DNA of 64,000 bases from an uncultured delta proteobacterium (GTDB lineage: Bacteria > Myxococcota_A > Polyangia > Polyangiales > Polyangiaceae). A model generated the notes under the pieces. The model worked only from the letters and a program-made list of their open reading frames with translations, searched no databases and had not been told where the DNA came from. The stretch lies in NCBI GenBank assembly GCA_963696385.1, contig CAVOKF010000005.1:1024001-1088000 (forward strand), written 5' to 3'. Position numbers and translations under genes: made by a program. Of the stretch, positions 28,372-39,548 are shown one piece after another; the stretch's first letter is position 1, and every line of letters starts with the position of its first letter.

Positions 28372-30729
28372 TTAGTCGCGGGCTTTGAGAACCATCACCA
28401 GATCGAGGCGATCCGACTGCCTTCGGACGACCATGGCGCTCAGCAGCGCAGCCAGCAGGACCACGCAAGCAGCACCGACGTACGAAGCGGGCATGATGGA
28501 AACCGGAATCCGTATCAATTCCCGGTCGATCGTCGACAGCGTCAGGCCACCGATCACTCGACCGAGGTACAAGCCGGGAGCGATTCCGAGAACGACCTGG
28601 ATCACCTGCTCTCCGAGCAGGACGAACGCGAGCTCGCTTCGCGTGAATCCCAAAATTCGCATCGTCGCGAGATCTCGACTCCGCAGCTCGAAGGCAATGC
28701 GCGCATTGTTGTAGACGACGCCCACCGCAATGGCTGCGGCGAAGACGGCCAAGACGACCTTCATCACCACGAGAACATCGCCTTCCTCGGCGCGCACGAG
28801 TCCGCGGTCGACGCTCGGACGGCTGACCGAGGCCACAGCGGGCAAGCCGTTCAGCCGCGCCGAAACCTCGTCGACGTCGCCCGGGTCGACGGCGAGGAGC
28901 ACGACGTTGGCCCGCGGCGTCTCCCCCATCAGGTGCGCCAGCGCCGTGGCATCCATGTACGCCGCGATTCCCAGGAAATCGTCGACGAGCGCGGCGATGG
29001 GAACGCGGACCTTGCGGCGATCGGACTCGAGCACCTCGATGTCGATCTCGTCGCCCGCACGAACGCCGAGCGCTTCGCCGAGGGGTCGAGACAACGAGAG
29101 ACCGGCTGCAGGCAGCCGCAGCGGGCGGAAGTCGGTGCCGAGCACCCGGTATAGGTCCATCCCCTCGGCAAGACCCAGGATCGTGGTCGTGCGAGTGCGG
29201 TGACCTGCCCGCAGGCGTACGGGGACCTGGCGCTCGCCTTCGGCGTAGCGGACTCCGGGAATGTGAGCGGCATCGCGCACTGCCCGCCACGGGTGGGAGT
29301 CATCCAGGGTAACGGTGACGGCTTCGCGGTGCGAGACCTCGAACTGAAGCCGAAGCATCTCGTCCATCGAGTCGCCCATGACGCTGCCGGCAACGACGAT
29401 GGCGGTCGCGAAGGCAATGGACCCGGCGGAAAGCAGCATCCGCCACGGTTGGCGCTGCGCATCCCTCAGCACCATGCGCGCAACCGGACGGAGCAGGGCG
29501 TAGACGCGGTCGAGGCGCGTTCGGTGGTAGCTCGGCGGGGCCTCGGGCCGCATGGCTTCGGCGGGCGGAATGCGGACGGCCCTCTGTACGGCCGAGAAGG
29601 CGCCTGCCACCCCGGCCACGACGGCCACGCTGGTGGCCTCCGCAATCGCCCGTGCATCGAACCGAAAGAGGTAGATCGGAAAGCGAAAGTACCGCGCGTA
29701 CACGACCAAGATGCTTTTGGCCCCGACCTCTCCCAGAACCCAGCCGAAAACGACTCCCAGGGCGCAGATCGCCAGCGCGAATTGCAAGTAGTGGGCGGCA
29801 AGCTCTCGTGTCCGATAGCCGAGCGCCTTGAGCGTCGCGATCTGCTCGCGCTGGGAACCGACGATACGAGACAGGAGCACGTGCAGAAGGAACGCCGCGA
29901 CGCCGAGAAAGATGATGGGCAACGTGGTCGCCGACCGTCGGAGCTGCCCGATTTTCTGCTCCACCAACTTGCTCGAGGGCTGATCGGCGCGACCCACGGA
30001 ACCGAGGCTTCCGTACGGCTCCAAGATCGTGTCGACGCGAAGAAGGGTCTCGGGCTCGTCGGCGCCCACGGCGAGCTGAATCGTCGCGTCATTGAAGCCG
30101 CCGGTGAGCCCCATGGACTCCGCCAGTGCGTCTTCGTCCATCCACGCGATTCCGAAATGCCAGGGATCGGGCAGGCCGGTGCGCGGCTCGGATGCCCACA
30201 CGAACTCCGGCGAGACGGCGATACCGACGACCTTGAGCTTCGAGAGTCGCCCGTCGATGACGGCTGTCACGGTCGATCCGGGGACGAGACCCCAGGTCTC
30301 GGCGAACGTTGCGCTCAGCAAGATCTCGTCGGACCTTCCCGGCTCTACGTGTCTTCCGGATAGGATCCGCGTCTGGTTGAGCCGGTCCTCTGCGGGCCAG
30401 TGCACCGAGACGAAGTGAAGGACGACGGCTTCGTCGCTCGTTTCGATCCTCGCTCGAAAGTCGCCGACGACGCGTCCCTCGACGGTCGCGACACCCGGCA
30501 GCTCCCGGAGACGATCGAGCACGGCAGCGGGCGCCCGCTTGAGGCGGGCGAAGACGTCGGCGAAATGCGCGTCTTCGTAGAAGGCGTCCTTCGACGCTTG
30601 CACCGACGCCGCGGCGGACACAGCGGCCACGAAGCTTGCGATGCCGCATCCTATGACCAAGGCGATCGTGAGGCACTGGTTGCGCAGGCGCCATAGGTCA
30701 CGGATGAGCTTGAGATGGATGGTTCTCAC
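28372..30729 (-). CDS. ABC exporter permease (MacB/FtsX-like, two repeats)
   Basis: GTG start overlapping the ATPase stop; [13 protein letters not shown] and [13 protein letters not shown]tsX motifs; ends VLKARD. Confidence 0.85.
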   Translation of the reverse strand: MRTIHLKLIRDLWRLRNQCLTIALVIGCGIASFVAAVSAAASVQASKDAFYEDAHFADVFARLKRAPAAVLDRLRELPGVATVEGRVVGDFRARIETSDEAVVLHFVSVHWPAEDRLNQTRILSGRHVEPGRSDEILLSATFAETWGLVPGSTVTAVIDGRLSKLKVVGIAVSPEFVWASEPRTGLPDPWHFGIAWMDEDALAESMGLTGGFNDATIQLAVGADEPETLLRVDTILEPYGSLGSVGRADQPSSKLVEQKIGQLRRSATTLPIIFLGVAAFLLHVLLSRIVGSQREQIATLKALGYRTRELAAHYLQFALAICALGVVFGWVLGEVGAKSILVVYARYFRFPIYLFRFDARAIAEATSVAVVAGVAGAFSAVQRAVRIPPAEAMRPEAPPSYHRTRLDRVYALLRPVARMVLRDAQRQPWRMLLSAGSIAFATAIVVAGSVMGDSMDEMLRLQFEVSHREAVTVTLDDSHPWRAVRDAAHIPGVRYAEGERQVPVRLRAGHRTRTTTILGLAEGMDLYRVLGTDFRPLRLPAAGLSLSRPLGEALGVRAGDEIDIEVLESDRRKVRVPIAALVDDFLGIAAYMDATALAHLMGETPRANVVLLAVDPGDVDEVSARLNGLPAVASVSRPSVDRGLVRAEEGDVLVVMKVVLAVFAAAIAVGVVYNNARIAFELRSRDLATMRILGFTRSELAFVLLGEQVIQVVLGIAPGLYLGRVIGGLTLSTIDRELIRIPVSIMPASYVGAACVVLLAALLSAMVVRRQSDRLDLVMVLKARD

Positions 30730-31445
30730 CAGGCGATTTCGCTTGGGGTCTTGCGAACCGCGTTGACTCGGTCGCTCTCGATCCGTCCGTCTGCGAGAGT
30801 CACCACGCGGTGGGCCATCTCTCGGATGGGGGCATTGTGCGTCACGATGGCGACGCTCGCTCCCGTTTCGCGGTTCACGCGTTCGAGCACCTGGAGCACG
30901 ATCCGTCCCGTCGCCGCGTCCAGAGCGCCGGTCGGCTCGTCGCAAAGCAGGATTTCCGGCTTCTTGACCACGGCTCGTGCAATCGCTACCCGCTGCTGCT
31001 CGCCGCCCGACATCTGGGAGGGATAGTGATCGCGGCGCGCAAGGAGTCCGACGAGACCCAGGGCGTCGTCCGGGGACATGGGCCGGTCGGCCATGTCGGC
31101 GACGAGAGAAACGTTCTCGCGCGCCGTCAAACTGGGAATCAAGTTGTAGAACTGAAAAATGAAGCCGATATGACGGCGTCGGTACTGCGTCAGTTCCTCC
31201 TCGGTCGGATGCGACAAATCCCGCCCGTCGTACGCGAGCGTGCCCGAGGTAGGAACATCGAGTCCCCCGAGGATATTGAGAAGCGTGGACTTGCCGCTTC
31301 CCGAGGGCCCGAGCAAGACGACGATTTCGCGCCTGTGCAGCTCGAAATCGACGCCGCGAAGCGCATGCACCTCGACCTCGCCCATCGGGTACGTCTTCAC
31401 GAGCGCCGACGCGCAGATGGCGATCTCGCTCGCGTGCTCAGTCAC
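30726..31445 (-). CDS. ABC transporter ATP-binding protein (LolD/MacB-like)
   Basis: [38 protein letters not shown]. Confidence 0.95.
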   Translation of the reverse strand: MTEHASEIAICASALVKTYPMGEVEVHALRGVDFELHRREIVVLLGPSGSGKSTLLNILGGLDVPTSGTLAYDGRDLSHPTEEELTQYRRRHIGFIFQFYNLIPSLTARENVSLVADMADRPMSPDDALGLVGLLARRDHYPSQMSGGEQQRVAIARAVVKKPEILLCDEPTGALDAATGRIVLQVLERVNRETGASVAIVTHNAPIREMAHRVVTLADGRIESDRVNAVRKTPSEIAW

Positions 31446-31709
31446 GATGCCTGCCAAAATCGCCGAATGGCGATGGCGAGGAGCGGTGGTGGGCTTCGGC
31501 AGCCGGGTCGAAGAAGCGCGGGCGCGGCACGGCAAACGGAGTCCTATAAACCATGGGCTTGTCTTGGGCACCACGAAGAAGGGGCTGCCGACCGTGTCCG
31601 TTCCGAACGACCGGACGGAGCCCACCGCCAGACGCGCGCGTCACCCCTCCGGGCAGGCGCGCACCCCAAGCTAGACTGAGCTCGACGTGTGACGTGCCGG
31701 AGCCGAGCG

Positions 31710-32159
31710 ATGAAGCGCACAGTTGTCGTGATCACCGCCGTAGCCTCGCTCGCCTGGACGCCGCCGGCGCCCACGAAGACGTCGGGCTGTCGCGTCGACG
31801 GACTCCTGCCGGACCGGTCCTGCACCCCCGGCGCAGTCGCCACGACCTCGATCGCCGTCGTCTGCCACACGTCGACACGCGGTCGGCGCGACGTCTCGCG
31901 AACCGTGCGTCGCCGCGTCTTGGAGGCCTACGGTCTTGCCCCTCGGCAGCCGCCGGGCGCTTACGAGATTGACCACTTGATCCCCTTGGAGCTCGGAGGC
32001 TCGAACGCACCTGCGAACCTCTGGCCCGAAGCGGCGCCGGGGTTTCACGACAAGGATCGCGTGGAGAACGAGCTCCACGCCCGCGTCTGCGCGGGCGCCA
32101 TGACCCTCGAAGCGGCCCAGCGGGCGATTGCCGCAGATTGGCGGCAGATCGCGCGCTGA
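31710..32159 (+). CDS. Secreted HNH-endonuclease-like protein
   Basis: Signal peptide MKRTVVVITAVASLA; YEIDHLIPLELGGSN..NLWP; several Cys. Confidence 0.7.
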   Translation: MKRTVVVITAVASLAWTPPAPTKTSGCRVDGLLPDRSCTPGAVATTSIAVVCHTSTRGRRDVSRTVRRRVLEAYGLAPRQPPGAYEIDHLIPLELGGSNAPANLWPEAAPGFHDKDRVENELHARVCAGAMTLEAAQRAIAADWRQIAR

Positions 32160-32313
32160 GCGACCGGGCACGAGCGACACGCATGGCCGTCAAGTGCGTG
32201 ACGGTGCCATCGGCTCGACGGCGGATCCCCTTACCGAATCCAAGGAAATGGCGGCTCCCGTTGCCCGACGAGTCGAGCGGCGCGGGCGTGCTCTTTGCAC
32301 CAAGCGGTGTCCC

Positions 32314-33120
32314 ATGACTCCGTCGAGGCCCAACGTCGTGATCGCCACCCCCTGTTACGGAGGCCTCATGACGCACGTCTACGTGAACTCGCTGCTGAGG
32401 CTGATGGGCTCCCAAGAAAAGCAGGGGTTCGGCCTTGGGCTCTTCGCCGCCGCCCACGACTCGCTGATCACCCGAAGCCGTAACGCGTTGGTCAAAAGTT
32501 TCCTCGACGCTACGGCCGCGACCCACCTACTGTTCATCGATGCGGACATCGGCTTCGAGCCTTCCGCCGTGCTTCGCCTACTCCAGTTCGACGTGGAGGT
32601 GGCGGCCGGCATGTATCCGCTCAAAGTCGTCGACTGGGCGAGGATTCGAGCCACTGTGGGTCCGGATACGACGGAGGAGACGCTGCGCGAGTCGGGTCTG
32701 CACTTCGTCGGGGTTCCGTGTACGGGCAGCGAGCGTGAAGAGCGCGGGGGCTTCGTGACAGGTCAATACGCCGGCACCGGTTTCATGATGATCCAACGCA
32801 ATGCCATCGAGCGCATGGTGGCCGCTTACCCCGAGACGGCCTACCGCGCGATGCACACCTATCCCGCCCAGATTCCGCAGGGCGCACCGTATTACAACTT
32901 GTTCGACTGCATGATCCATCCGGAAACCGGCGCCTACCTGAGCGAAGATTTTGCCTTTTGCCATCGCTTCCGGAAGCTCGGCGGCAAGGTGTGGCTCGAC
33001 ACGACGAGTCGGCTCACCCACGTGGGGTCGATGGAGTTTGTGGGGAATGCCGCCGCGGAGATGACGAAATGCGGCGTGGCGCTAAGCCTCGACGATCACG
33101 AAGTCGCCGCAGCCGAGTGA
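32314..33120 (+). CDS. GT-A fold glycosyltransferase-like protein
   Basis: VIATPCYGG, SLITRSRNAL, THLLFIDADI (DxD), GTGFMMI, YLSEDFAFC, LTHVG. Confidence 0.75.
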   Translation: MTPSRPNVVIATPCYGGLMTHVYVNSLLRLMGSQEKQGFGLGLFAAAHDSLITRSRNALVKSFLDATAATHLLFIDADIGFEPSAVLRLLQFDVEVAAGMYPLKVVDWARIRATVGPDTTEETLRESGLHFVGVPCTGSEREERGGFVTGQYAGTGFMMIQRNAIERMVAAYPETAYRAMHTYPAQIPQGAPYYNLFDCMIHPETGAYLSEDFAFCHRFRKLGGKVWLDTTSRLTHVGSMEFVGNAAAEMTKCGVALSLDDHEVAAAE

Positions 33121-33283
33121 GTCGGGACGTCGACCCGGGCGCCGTCCAGCTCACAGCTCATCCGGGACCGATACGGCAAAGCCGTTCGGGCGCCGCCGAC
33201 TCCGGCGAAACGTTGAGCGCGCGCGGGAGCCCTCCGTACCTCTCGAGTCGGGTTGCTGCCGCAGAGCTGGCTGACGTCCCCGC

Positions 33284-34075
33284 GTGCCTTGGACGACGAA
33301 CCCCAATTCGAAACAATCGGAGACGCTTAAGTCGCTGTTGCCGTCACTCCGTGCCATCCTGTTTGCGGTGCAAAGGGCAACGTCCACGCACAGCAGCCGA
33401 GAGTTCGAGACCGAGCTTCGCGAGCTGCAAGCCCGCCTGCTCGCGATGGGCACTCGGTGTGAACGGGTCGTCGAGTTGGCGTTCGGAGCGTTCTGCGGGG
33501 GGGCCTTGGAGGTCGCGCGGGAGCTCGAAGTGCTCGACGCGCGCATCGACCGCGACGAGCTCGAGATCCACGCGCTCATCGTCCGGATGCTGGCGCTGAG
33601 GCAGCCGGTCGCCGACGATCTTCGGTTCTTGACGACCGCGCTGCGCCTTATCACGGACCTCGAACGCATCGGCGACGAGGCAGTCAATATCGGCGAGCGG
33701 ACGGTCCAACAGGACAGTCCCGGGCAGCCGATGGCCAGCGGCGAACTCTCCTCGATGGCCGATGCGGCGCTGGACATGCTGCACCGTGCACTCGATGCCT
33801 TCCTGAGGTGGGACGACACCGGAGCCTACCAAATTCTGGGCTGCGATGACGCGGTGGATCGGCATTGTGCAGCCATCATCGGCGCGATGATCGCCCATAT
33901 GTCCGAGCACCCCGCGGAAATGCAGGCCGGTCTGCGGGTGATTCGGGTGGCCAAATACCTCGAGCGCATTGCCGACCATGCGACCAACGTGGCCGAAGAG
34001 GTGATTTTCATGGTTCGAGCGGACGACGTTCGCCACGGTCATTGGCAGGTCTCGGCCGGATCGCGGCCGGGATAA
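33284..34075 (+). CDS. phoU: Phosphate signalling protein PhoU
   Basis: LALRQPVADDLR, DLERIGDEAVNI, KYLERIADHATNVAEEVIF; start uncertain. Confidence 0.9.
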   Translation: MPWTTNPNSKQSETLKSLLPSLRAILFAVQRATSTHSSREFETELRELQARLLAMGTRCERVVELAFGAFCGGALEVARELEVLDARIDRDELEIHALIVRMLALRQPVADDLRFLTTALRLITDLERIGDEAVNIGERTVQQDSPGQPMASGELSSMADAALDMLHRALDAFLRWDDTGAYQILGCDDAVDRHCAAIIGAMIAHMSEHPAEMQAGLRVIRVAKYLERIADHATNVAEEVIFMVRADDVRHGHWQVSAGSRPG

Positions 34076-34169
34076 TCGCACCGAGCGCGACGCCGCCCTG
34101 TGTGAGAGGACGACGGGGCCTCTAGCGGGGGGACCCTCCATGCGTTGGCCCGGGCTGCTTGAGATCCGG

Positions 34170-37100
34170 TTACCGGAGCGCGGCGACCTCCGCTGACAGT
34201 CGGGCCACCGACACAGGCGTGGGTGTCTTCAGCTCGGGCGCGAAGACCGCGACGCGCAGCTCCTCGAGCGACCAACGAAGCAGCTGGACGGTCTCCTCGG
34301 CGCGGGCCGTCGCCTGCTTGGCGAAAAACGCGGCCCACACGGGTGCGACCAGGGCGAGCTTTTCGGAGTCCTTGCGAGGGTCGGCGATGGCGCGTCCGAG
34401 GCGCGCTCGCGCGGCGCGCAAATAGCGCGGGAAGTGATCGAGGCGGGCCAGCGGAACCCATGTCAAAAGATCGAGCGGGAAGAGCAACGCGACGTGGGCG
34501 CGGATCTCGGCAACGGCCGCACGGGCGCCGGCGTGCTTCGCAGCGCTCTGCAACGCCAGCAGCGTAGCGTCGAGCTCCGACGAGGTGCGCGCGATGGACT
34601 CGGTGAAGAGACGAGCCGTCGCATCGATGCGGGGCGTACCCGCCGCGAGCAGATCGTCGAAGGCCCGCTTCGTCCGTGGAAGGGGCGCTGGGTCGCCCAA
34701 CCGAAAGGCCTCTTCGACGATTCTCGCGACGACCCTCGACCGAAATGCGTCGTGATCGGCTCGCGTGCGCAAAGCGCCGCCGGGATCGGCGAAGCACGGT
34801 GGAACTCGGGAGGCGAGCGCAGCGATGCGCCCGCGGGCGCCAAGAGCGACCAGCCGCCGAACGCCGGCGCGAGTGGCCGTCTCGGCCGCGCCCGGCGACT
34901 CGAGCAACGACAGGTCGACACACGTCTGCCGATCGACGAGCGCAGGGTACGCGCGGACCTGCGTGCCGGACACCCATCGTACGACGAACGCCTCGAGCTC
35001 GCCGAAGTCCCAGGTCGTGACTCCCGTGCGCTCCCAGCGAGGAGCGGGAGCCGCTTTTTGCCAGGCCGCTCGCGCGTGCGCGCCATGCTCCTGGAACAGC
35101 CGGTCCATGTCTTTGCTCTGCGCGATGACTGTGCCGTTCTCGCCGACGACGCGGCACATGAGCCGCAGGTAATTGGGCACGGCATCGGGGCGAAACGATT
35201 CCTCGGCGACGTTCACCCCGCGACACTCGGCGATGGCCGCCGCGAGCGCCGGAAGCATCGGACCCTTGAAGGGCTCCAGGCGCATAGCGAGCTCTTCGGA
35301 CAGTTTCGCGATGGAGCCGAGTTCGCGCCGGATCGGGCGCGCGAGATCCTCCAGCAGCGCTGCGATCTTCTCTCGATGCCACCCCGGAATCGTCCAATCG
35401 AGTTCGCGCGGATCGAGCTGTGGCAGGAGTACGAGGGGGACGGTCAGCGCGATGCCGTCGTCGTCGGCCGAGGGATCGAAGCGGTAGGCCACCGGCAGCT
35501 CCACCCCGTGCAGGGTGATGGCGTCGGGGTAGTCGGACGGCACGAGGCTGGGGTCGGTCGCGAGGATGTCTTCGAGCGAAAGGACCAGGGCGTTCGGGTC
35601 TTCGCGCTCGGCGGTCTCGCGCCATGCTTCGAACGTCTTGCCGTTGACCACCGATGGGGGCACGCGCCGGTCGAAGAAGGCCATCACCGCGTCGTCGTTG
35701 GCCATCATGTCGCTTCGCCGCGCCTTGTCGCGTAGCCGTGCCGCCTGCTCGTAGAGGTCCTTGTTCTTGGCGGCAAATGCGCCTCGCGTCCGGTACTCGC
35801 CACGCACCAGCGCGTGGTCGATGAACATGCGCCTCGCTTCCGCAGGCGAGACGCTGGCGTAGTCCACGCTGCGGTCCCGAAAGACGGGAAGGCCGAAAAG
35901 CGTAGCCTGCTCTCGGATCGAAGCGCGCGCGGATTTCTCGGACCAGTGCGGATCCGAATAGCTTCGCTTGAGCAGATGCGGCGCGGTCTCGAGCAACCAC
36001 TCCGGCTCGATTTTCGCCGCCACGCGCGCAAATAGCCGTGTCGTCTCGACGAGCTCGAATGCCATGATCCACGCTGGGGGCTTGGACGCGAGAGACGACG
36101 ACGGGTGAAGGGCAAACCGTGTCTGCCTGGCTCCCGAGTAGGTGCGATGTTCGGCGCTGTACAGGCCGACCTTCGAGGGTAGCCCGGTGAGGATGGCGAG
36201 GTGCAACGCATCGGTGCGCTCGACCGCGAGGGGCGCTGCTTGGGCGTCGGCCGTTCTCGCGCGACGATGCGGCTCGGTTGCCGCGAGACCCAGCTCGCGC
36301 ACCACGTCGTCGATCTGCTGGTGTACGTCGCCCCACTCGCGAATGCGAGCGAACGAGAGAAAGTTGAGTTTGCAAACCCGCCGTAGGTGGGCGATCCCCT
36401 TGTTCTCGGCCTCGCGGACGAACGTCCACATCCGCAAAAGGCCGACGAAATCCGATCGCTCGTCGCGAAAGCGCTCGTGCTGCTGGTCGGCCCGTTGCTG
36501 CGCGTCGCGCGGACGCTCGCGTGGGTCCTGGATGTTGAGCGCTGCCGCGATGACGACCGATTCGGGCAGGCAGCCTCGGTCGGCTCCTGCGAGAATCATA
36601 CGGCCGATGCGTGGGTCTACCGGGAAGCGCGCCAGACGCTCACCGACGGCGGTGAGTTCGCGCCGTGCGCCCAGGGCGCCGAGCTCTTCGAGTACCCGGT
36701 ACCCTTCCGTGATCGATCGAGGCTCCGGCGGATCGAGAAATGGAAAGTCTTCGACGTCACCGAGTCCGAGAGACTTCATCCGCAAGATAACGCCCGCCAG
36801 ACCCGTGCGCTTGATCTCGGGGTCGGTGAACGCCGGCCGCGCCAAGAAGCTGGGTTCGTCGTACAGGCGCAGGCAAACGCCGTCGCGCACGCGGCCGCAG
36901 CGTCCTCTGCGCTGGTCGGCGCTCGCCTGGGAGACCGCTTCAATCTGCAAACGGGTCGTGCCCGAACGGGGATCGTAACGCGAAATCCGCGCGCAGCCGG
37001 TGTCGACCACGTACACAATCCCCGGGATGGTCAACGACGTTTCGGCGACGTTGGTGGCGAGGATGACTCGTCTTTCGGGGATACTTGCGAAGACCTTGGC

Positions 37101-37910
37101 CTGGTCGGCGCCCGAGAGGCGCGCGTAGAGGGGCTGTACGACCGTGTGGCGGAGGCCTCTTGCGGCAAGCTCCTTCTCGGTCTCCCGGATCTCGCGCTCG
37201 CCGGGCAAAAAAACGAGGATGTCGCCGTGCGGGTCGAGCGACGTCACGTTCACGACGGCATTCGCGACGGCCTCGGGCAGATCCGTATCCTCGGGCGGCG
37301 GTTCGTAGAGGACGTCGACCGGGTAACTACGCCCTTCGACCGTGACGATCGGAGCCCCGCCGAAAAAATCCGAAAACCGCTCGGTCTCGATCGTCGCGGA
37401 GCTGACGATCACTTTCAAGTCAGGCCGTTCGGGCAGGATGCGCTTCACCCACCCGAGGAGGAAATCGATGGTCAGGCTTCGCTCGTGCGCCTCGTCGATG
37501 ATGAGAGTGTCGTACCGACGAAGCAGCCGGTCGCCGTGGATCTCCGCGAGAAGAATCCCGTCGGTCATGAACTTGACGTACGTGCCTGGCGACGTTCGAT
37601 CGTCGAAGCGGACTTGGTAGCCGACCTCGGTCCCGAGGGGGGTTCCGATCTCGCTCGCCACGCGCGCGGCTACGCTCGTGGCTGCAATGCGGCGGGGCTG
37701 TGTGACGCCGATCCGTCCGACGACGCCCCGGCCCATGGCGAGCGCAATCTTGGGCAGCTGCGTCGTCTTGCCGGATCCCGTCGCGCCCGCGACGATGATG
37801 ACAGGGTGCTCGTCGATGGCCGACGCGATGTCCCGCACGCGCGACGAAATGGGAAGCTCGCATGGGAAACTCAGGGGCGAGCCGGTGTGGATGGGAGGCG
37901 CGCCGCTCAT
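34170..37910 (-). CDS. hrpA: ATP-dependent RNA helicase HrpA
   Basis: GATGSGKTTQLPK, TQPRRIAA, DEAHERSL, SAT, TNVAETSLT, QRRGRCGR; C-terminal DUF3418-like region ending LEELRVAVFAPEL. Confidence 0.95.
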   Translation of the reverse strand: MSGAPPIHTGSPLSFPCELPISSRVRDIASAIDEHPVIIVAGATGSGKTTQLPKIALAMGRGVVGRIGVTQPRRIAATSVAARVASEIGTPLGTEVGYQVRFDDRTSPGTYVKFMTDGILLAEIHGDRLLRRYDTLIIDEAHERSLTIDFLLGWVKRILPERPDLKVIVSSATIETERFSDFFGGAPIVTVEGRSYPVDVLYEPPPEDTDLPEAVANAVVNVTSLDPHGDILVFLPGEREIRETEKELAARGLRHTVVQPLYARLSGADQAKVFASIPERRVILATNVAETSLTIPGIVYVVDTGCARISRYDPRSGTTRLQIEAVSQASADQRRGRCGRVRDGVCLRLYDEPSFLARPAFTDPEIKRTGLAGVILRMKSLGLGDVEDFPFLDPPEPRSITEGYRVLEELGALGARRELTAVGERLARFPVDPRIGRMILAGADRGCLPESVVIAAALNIQDPRERPRDAQQRADQQHERFRDERSDFVGLLRMWTFVREAENKGIAHLRRVCKLNFLSFARIREWGDVHQQIDDVVRELGLAATEPHRRARTADAQAAPLAVERTDALHLAILTGLPSKVGLYSAEHRTYSGARQTRFALHPSSSLASKPPAWIMAFELVETTRLFARVAAKIEPEWLLETAPHLLKRSYSDPHWSEKSARASIREQATLFGLPVFRDRSVDYASVSPAEARRMFIDHALVRGEYRTRGAFAAKNKDLYEQAARLRDKARRSDMMANDDAVMAFFDRRVPPSVVNGKTFEAWRETAEREDPNALVLSLEDILATDPSLVPSDYPDAITLHGVELPVAYRFDPSADDDGIALTVPLVLLPQLDPRELDWTIPGWHREKIAALLEDLARPIRRELGSIAKLSEELAMRLEPFKGPMLPALAAAIAECRGVNVAEESFRPDAVPNYLRLMCRVVGENGTVIAQSKDMDRLFQEHGAHARAAWQKAAPAPRWERTGVTTWDFGELEAFVVRWVSGTQVRAYPALVDRQTCVDLSLLESPGAAETATRAGVRRLVALGARGRIAALASRVPPCFADPGGALRTRADHDAFRSRVVARIVEEAFRLGDPAPLPRTKRAFDDLLAAGTPRIDATARLFTESIARTSSELDATLLALQSAAKHAGARAAVAEIRAHVALLFPLDLLTWVPLARLDHFPRYLRAARARLGRAIADPRKDSEKLALVAPVWAAFFAKQATARAEETVQLLRWSLEELRVAVFAPELKTPTPVSVARLSAEVAALR

Positions 37911-38490
37911 GCGGCGCGTGGATTAGCACCTGCGTAGTCGGCGGTGTTGCGGACCTCGGCTTGTCGCCGTCGTGCGACTCCGTCGGCCTCCGGATGAGCC
38001 ATGCCGATCTCGTCGGTCCGCAACGCAGTGAAGACCGTGGCGGGCCTCTCGACGGGCCGTGACGACCTCGCTGGGTCGTTGGCGCACAAGAGGCCGTGAT
38101 GTGCGCGGCATCGCTTCGCGAATTCCGATGCGTGCCCTTGCGTCAACGGTCGAGGCGTGGCGGCTCGTGCGCCCGGTTCTGACCGGACTCGCCCTGGCTC
38201 ATTCTCTGGCAGTCGCCCTACAGGTTGTCGCCATCCATACTATGAAGATCGGAATCCATCTGTGGCGCAAGGCGTGCCCGAGGAGCGACATGCGGGCTCC
38301 TGAACCATCCCCTGAAATCCAAATTCTCGTTACGGCAAAAGAATGCGCTCACGTAGGAACAGTGCGCCGTTCAAATCGGAGATTGGCGCGACGGATTCCG
38401 AATCTCTGCCTTCTGTTGAACCATTATGAGCACTGTAAACCCTGAACCATTGGGGAGCGCGCAACACGTGACCCGGAGCAGCCACCCGCG

Positions 38491-39288
38491 ATGATGAGTC
38501 GTCGACGCCGAAGGATGATTCGGTCTTCGCTGGCGTTGCTCGCTGTGCTGTCGACGGGTGGAGCTTGCGTGAGCGGCAACGCCGTAATCGACGCGCCCGG
38601 AGGCGACAGCGGAGCGGCCGAAGGGACACGCAGCGGTGCCACGGTCGGAAGCGCAACGTCGACGGGTCCCTCGACGGAAGCCCTCGTGGGTGGTTCTTCG
38701 TCGGGGACCCCCCGGGCGGGCAGCTCGGGGGACTCGGTGGGAAGCACCGGCACGGCGAGCTCCGAAGGCACGAACGGCGTTGCCGCAAGCGGCATGAGCG
38801 GCGCTTCCGAGGGCAGCAACACGAGCGGCGGGGCGGACAGTGCCGACGGCGGCTCCGCGGATGGCGGCGCCTCGGGCAGCATGAGCGCAACCAGCGGCAC
38901 GACCGAGGTCTGCACGAGCGGTGTCTTCTATCAAGGGACGCCGGGGCCGACCATGGACCCGGGAGACACCTGTCCGACCTGCCACAGCAACTTCGAGATC
39001 GCCGGCACCGTGTATCCGACCGCTGACGAACCGACCGATTGCGATGGAGTGACCGGCAGCACTCTCTCGGTGGTGATCACAGACGCGAAGGGCAACGTGC
39101 AGACTCTGGCCGTTAACGCCACCGGCAACTTCTATTCGATGGAGGCGGTCGCCATGCCGTTTCATGCGAAGGTGATCTCGAAGACCACCGAGCGAGACAT
39201 GGTCGACGCCCAGTCGACCGGCGATTGCAATTATTGCCACACGCCAACGGGCTTCAACGGCGCACCCGGTCGCATCATGGCGCCGTAG
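38491..39288 (+). CDS. Diheme c-type cytochrome lipoprotein with Ser/Gly-rich linker
   Basis: Lipobox GGA-C; CPTCH and CNYCH heme-binding motifs. Confidence 0.75.
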   Translation: MMSRRRRRMIRSSLALLAVLSTGGACVSGNAVIDAPGGDSGAAEGTRSGATVGSATSTGPSTEALVGGSSSGTPRAGSSGDSVGSTGTASSEGTNGVAASGMSGASEGSNTSGGADSADGGSADGGASGSMSATSGTTEVCTSGVFYQGTPGPTMDPGDTCPTCHSNFEIAGTVYPTADEPTDCDGVTGSTLSVVITDAKGNVQTLAVNATGNFYSMEAVAMPFHAKVISKTTERDMVDAQSTGDCNYCHTPTGFNGAPGRIMAP

Positions 39289-39548
39289 GCCGCGAGCTCG
39301 GTCGCCGGGTCCCCCGGCTGTGGCGACGCACCCGGCTTGGCTCGCGTCGCCCCCCCACACGATTCGCGCCACCGTGGAAGCTCGATTCGCGCGCCGACAC
39401 GCGTACCGGTCGGCATCTTCGATTCGCGGGCGCATGGGAAATCCCAATCGGTCGAGCGTGAATCGCGAGTCCGCGGTTCTTTCCATGGCTCGTCGGCACA
39501 CAGAAAAAAAGGGCACGATCCGCAGGGTGGGCAGCGTAGACAAGTGCG

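Noticed and set aside
34039..37937. Long alternative-frame ORFs (e.g. 34039-36429, 36387-37937, 8037-9452, 15647-17395, 46251-48113, 62448-63980)
   Set aside because: Arg/Ala/Gly-rich shadow ORFs overlapping well-supported genes, as expected in high-GC DNA
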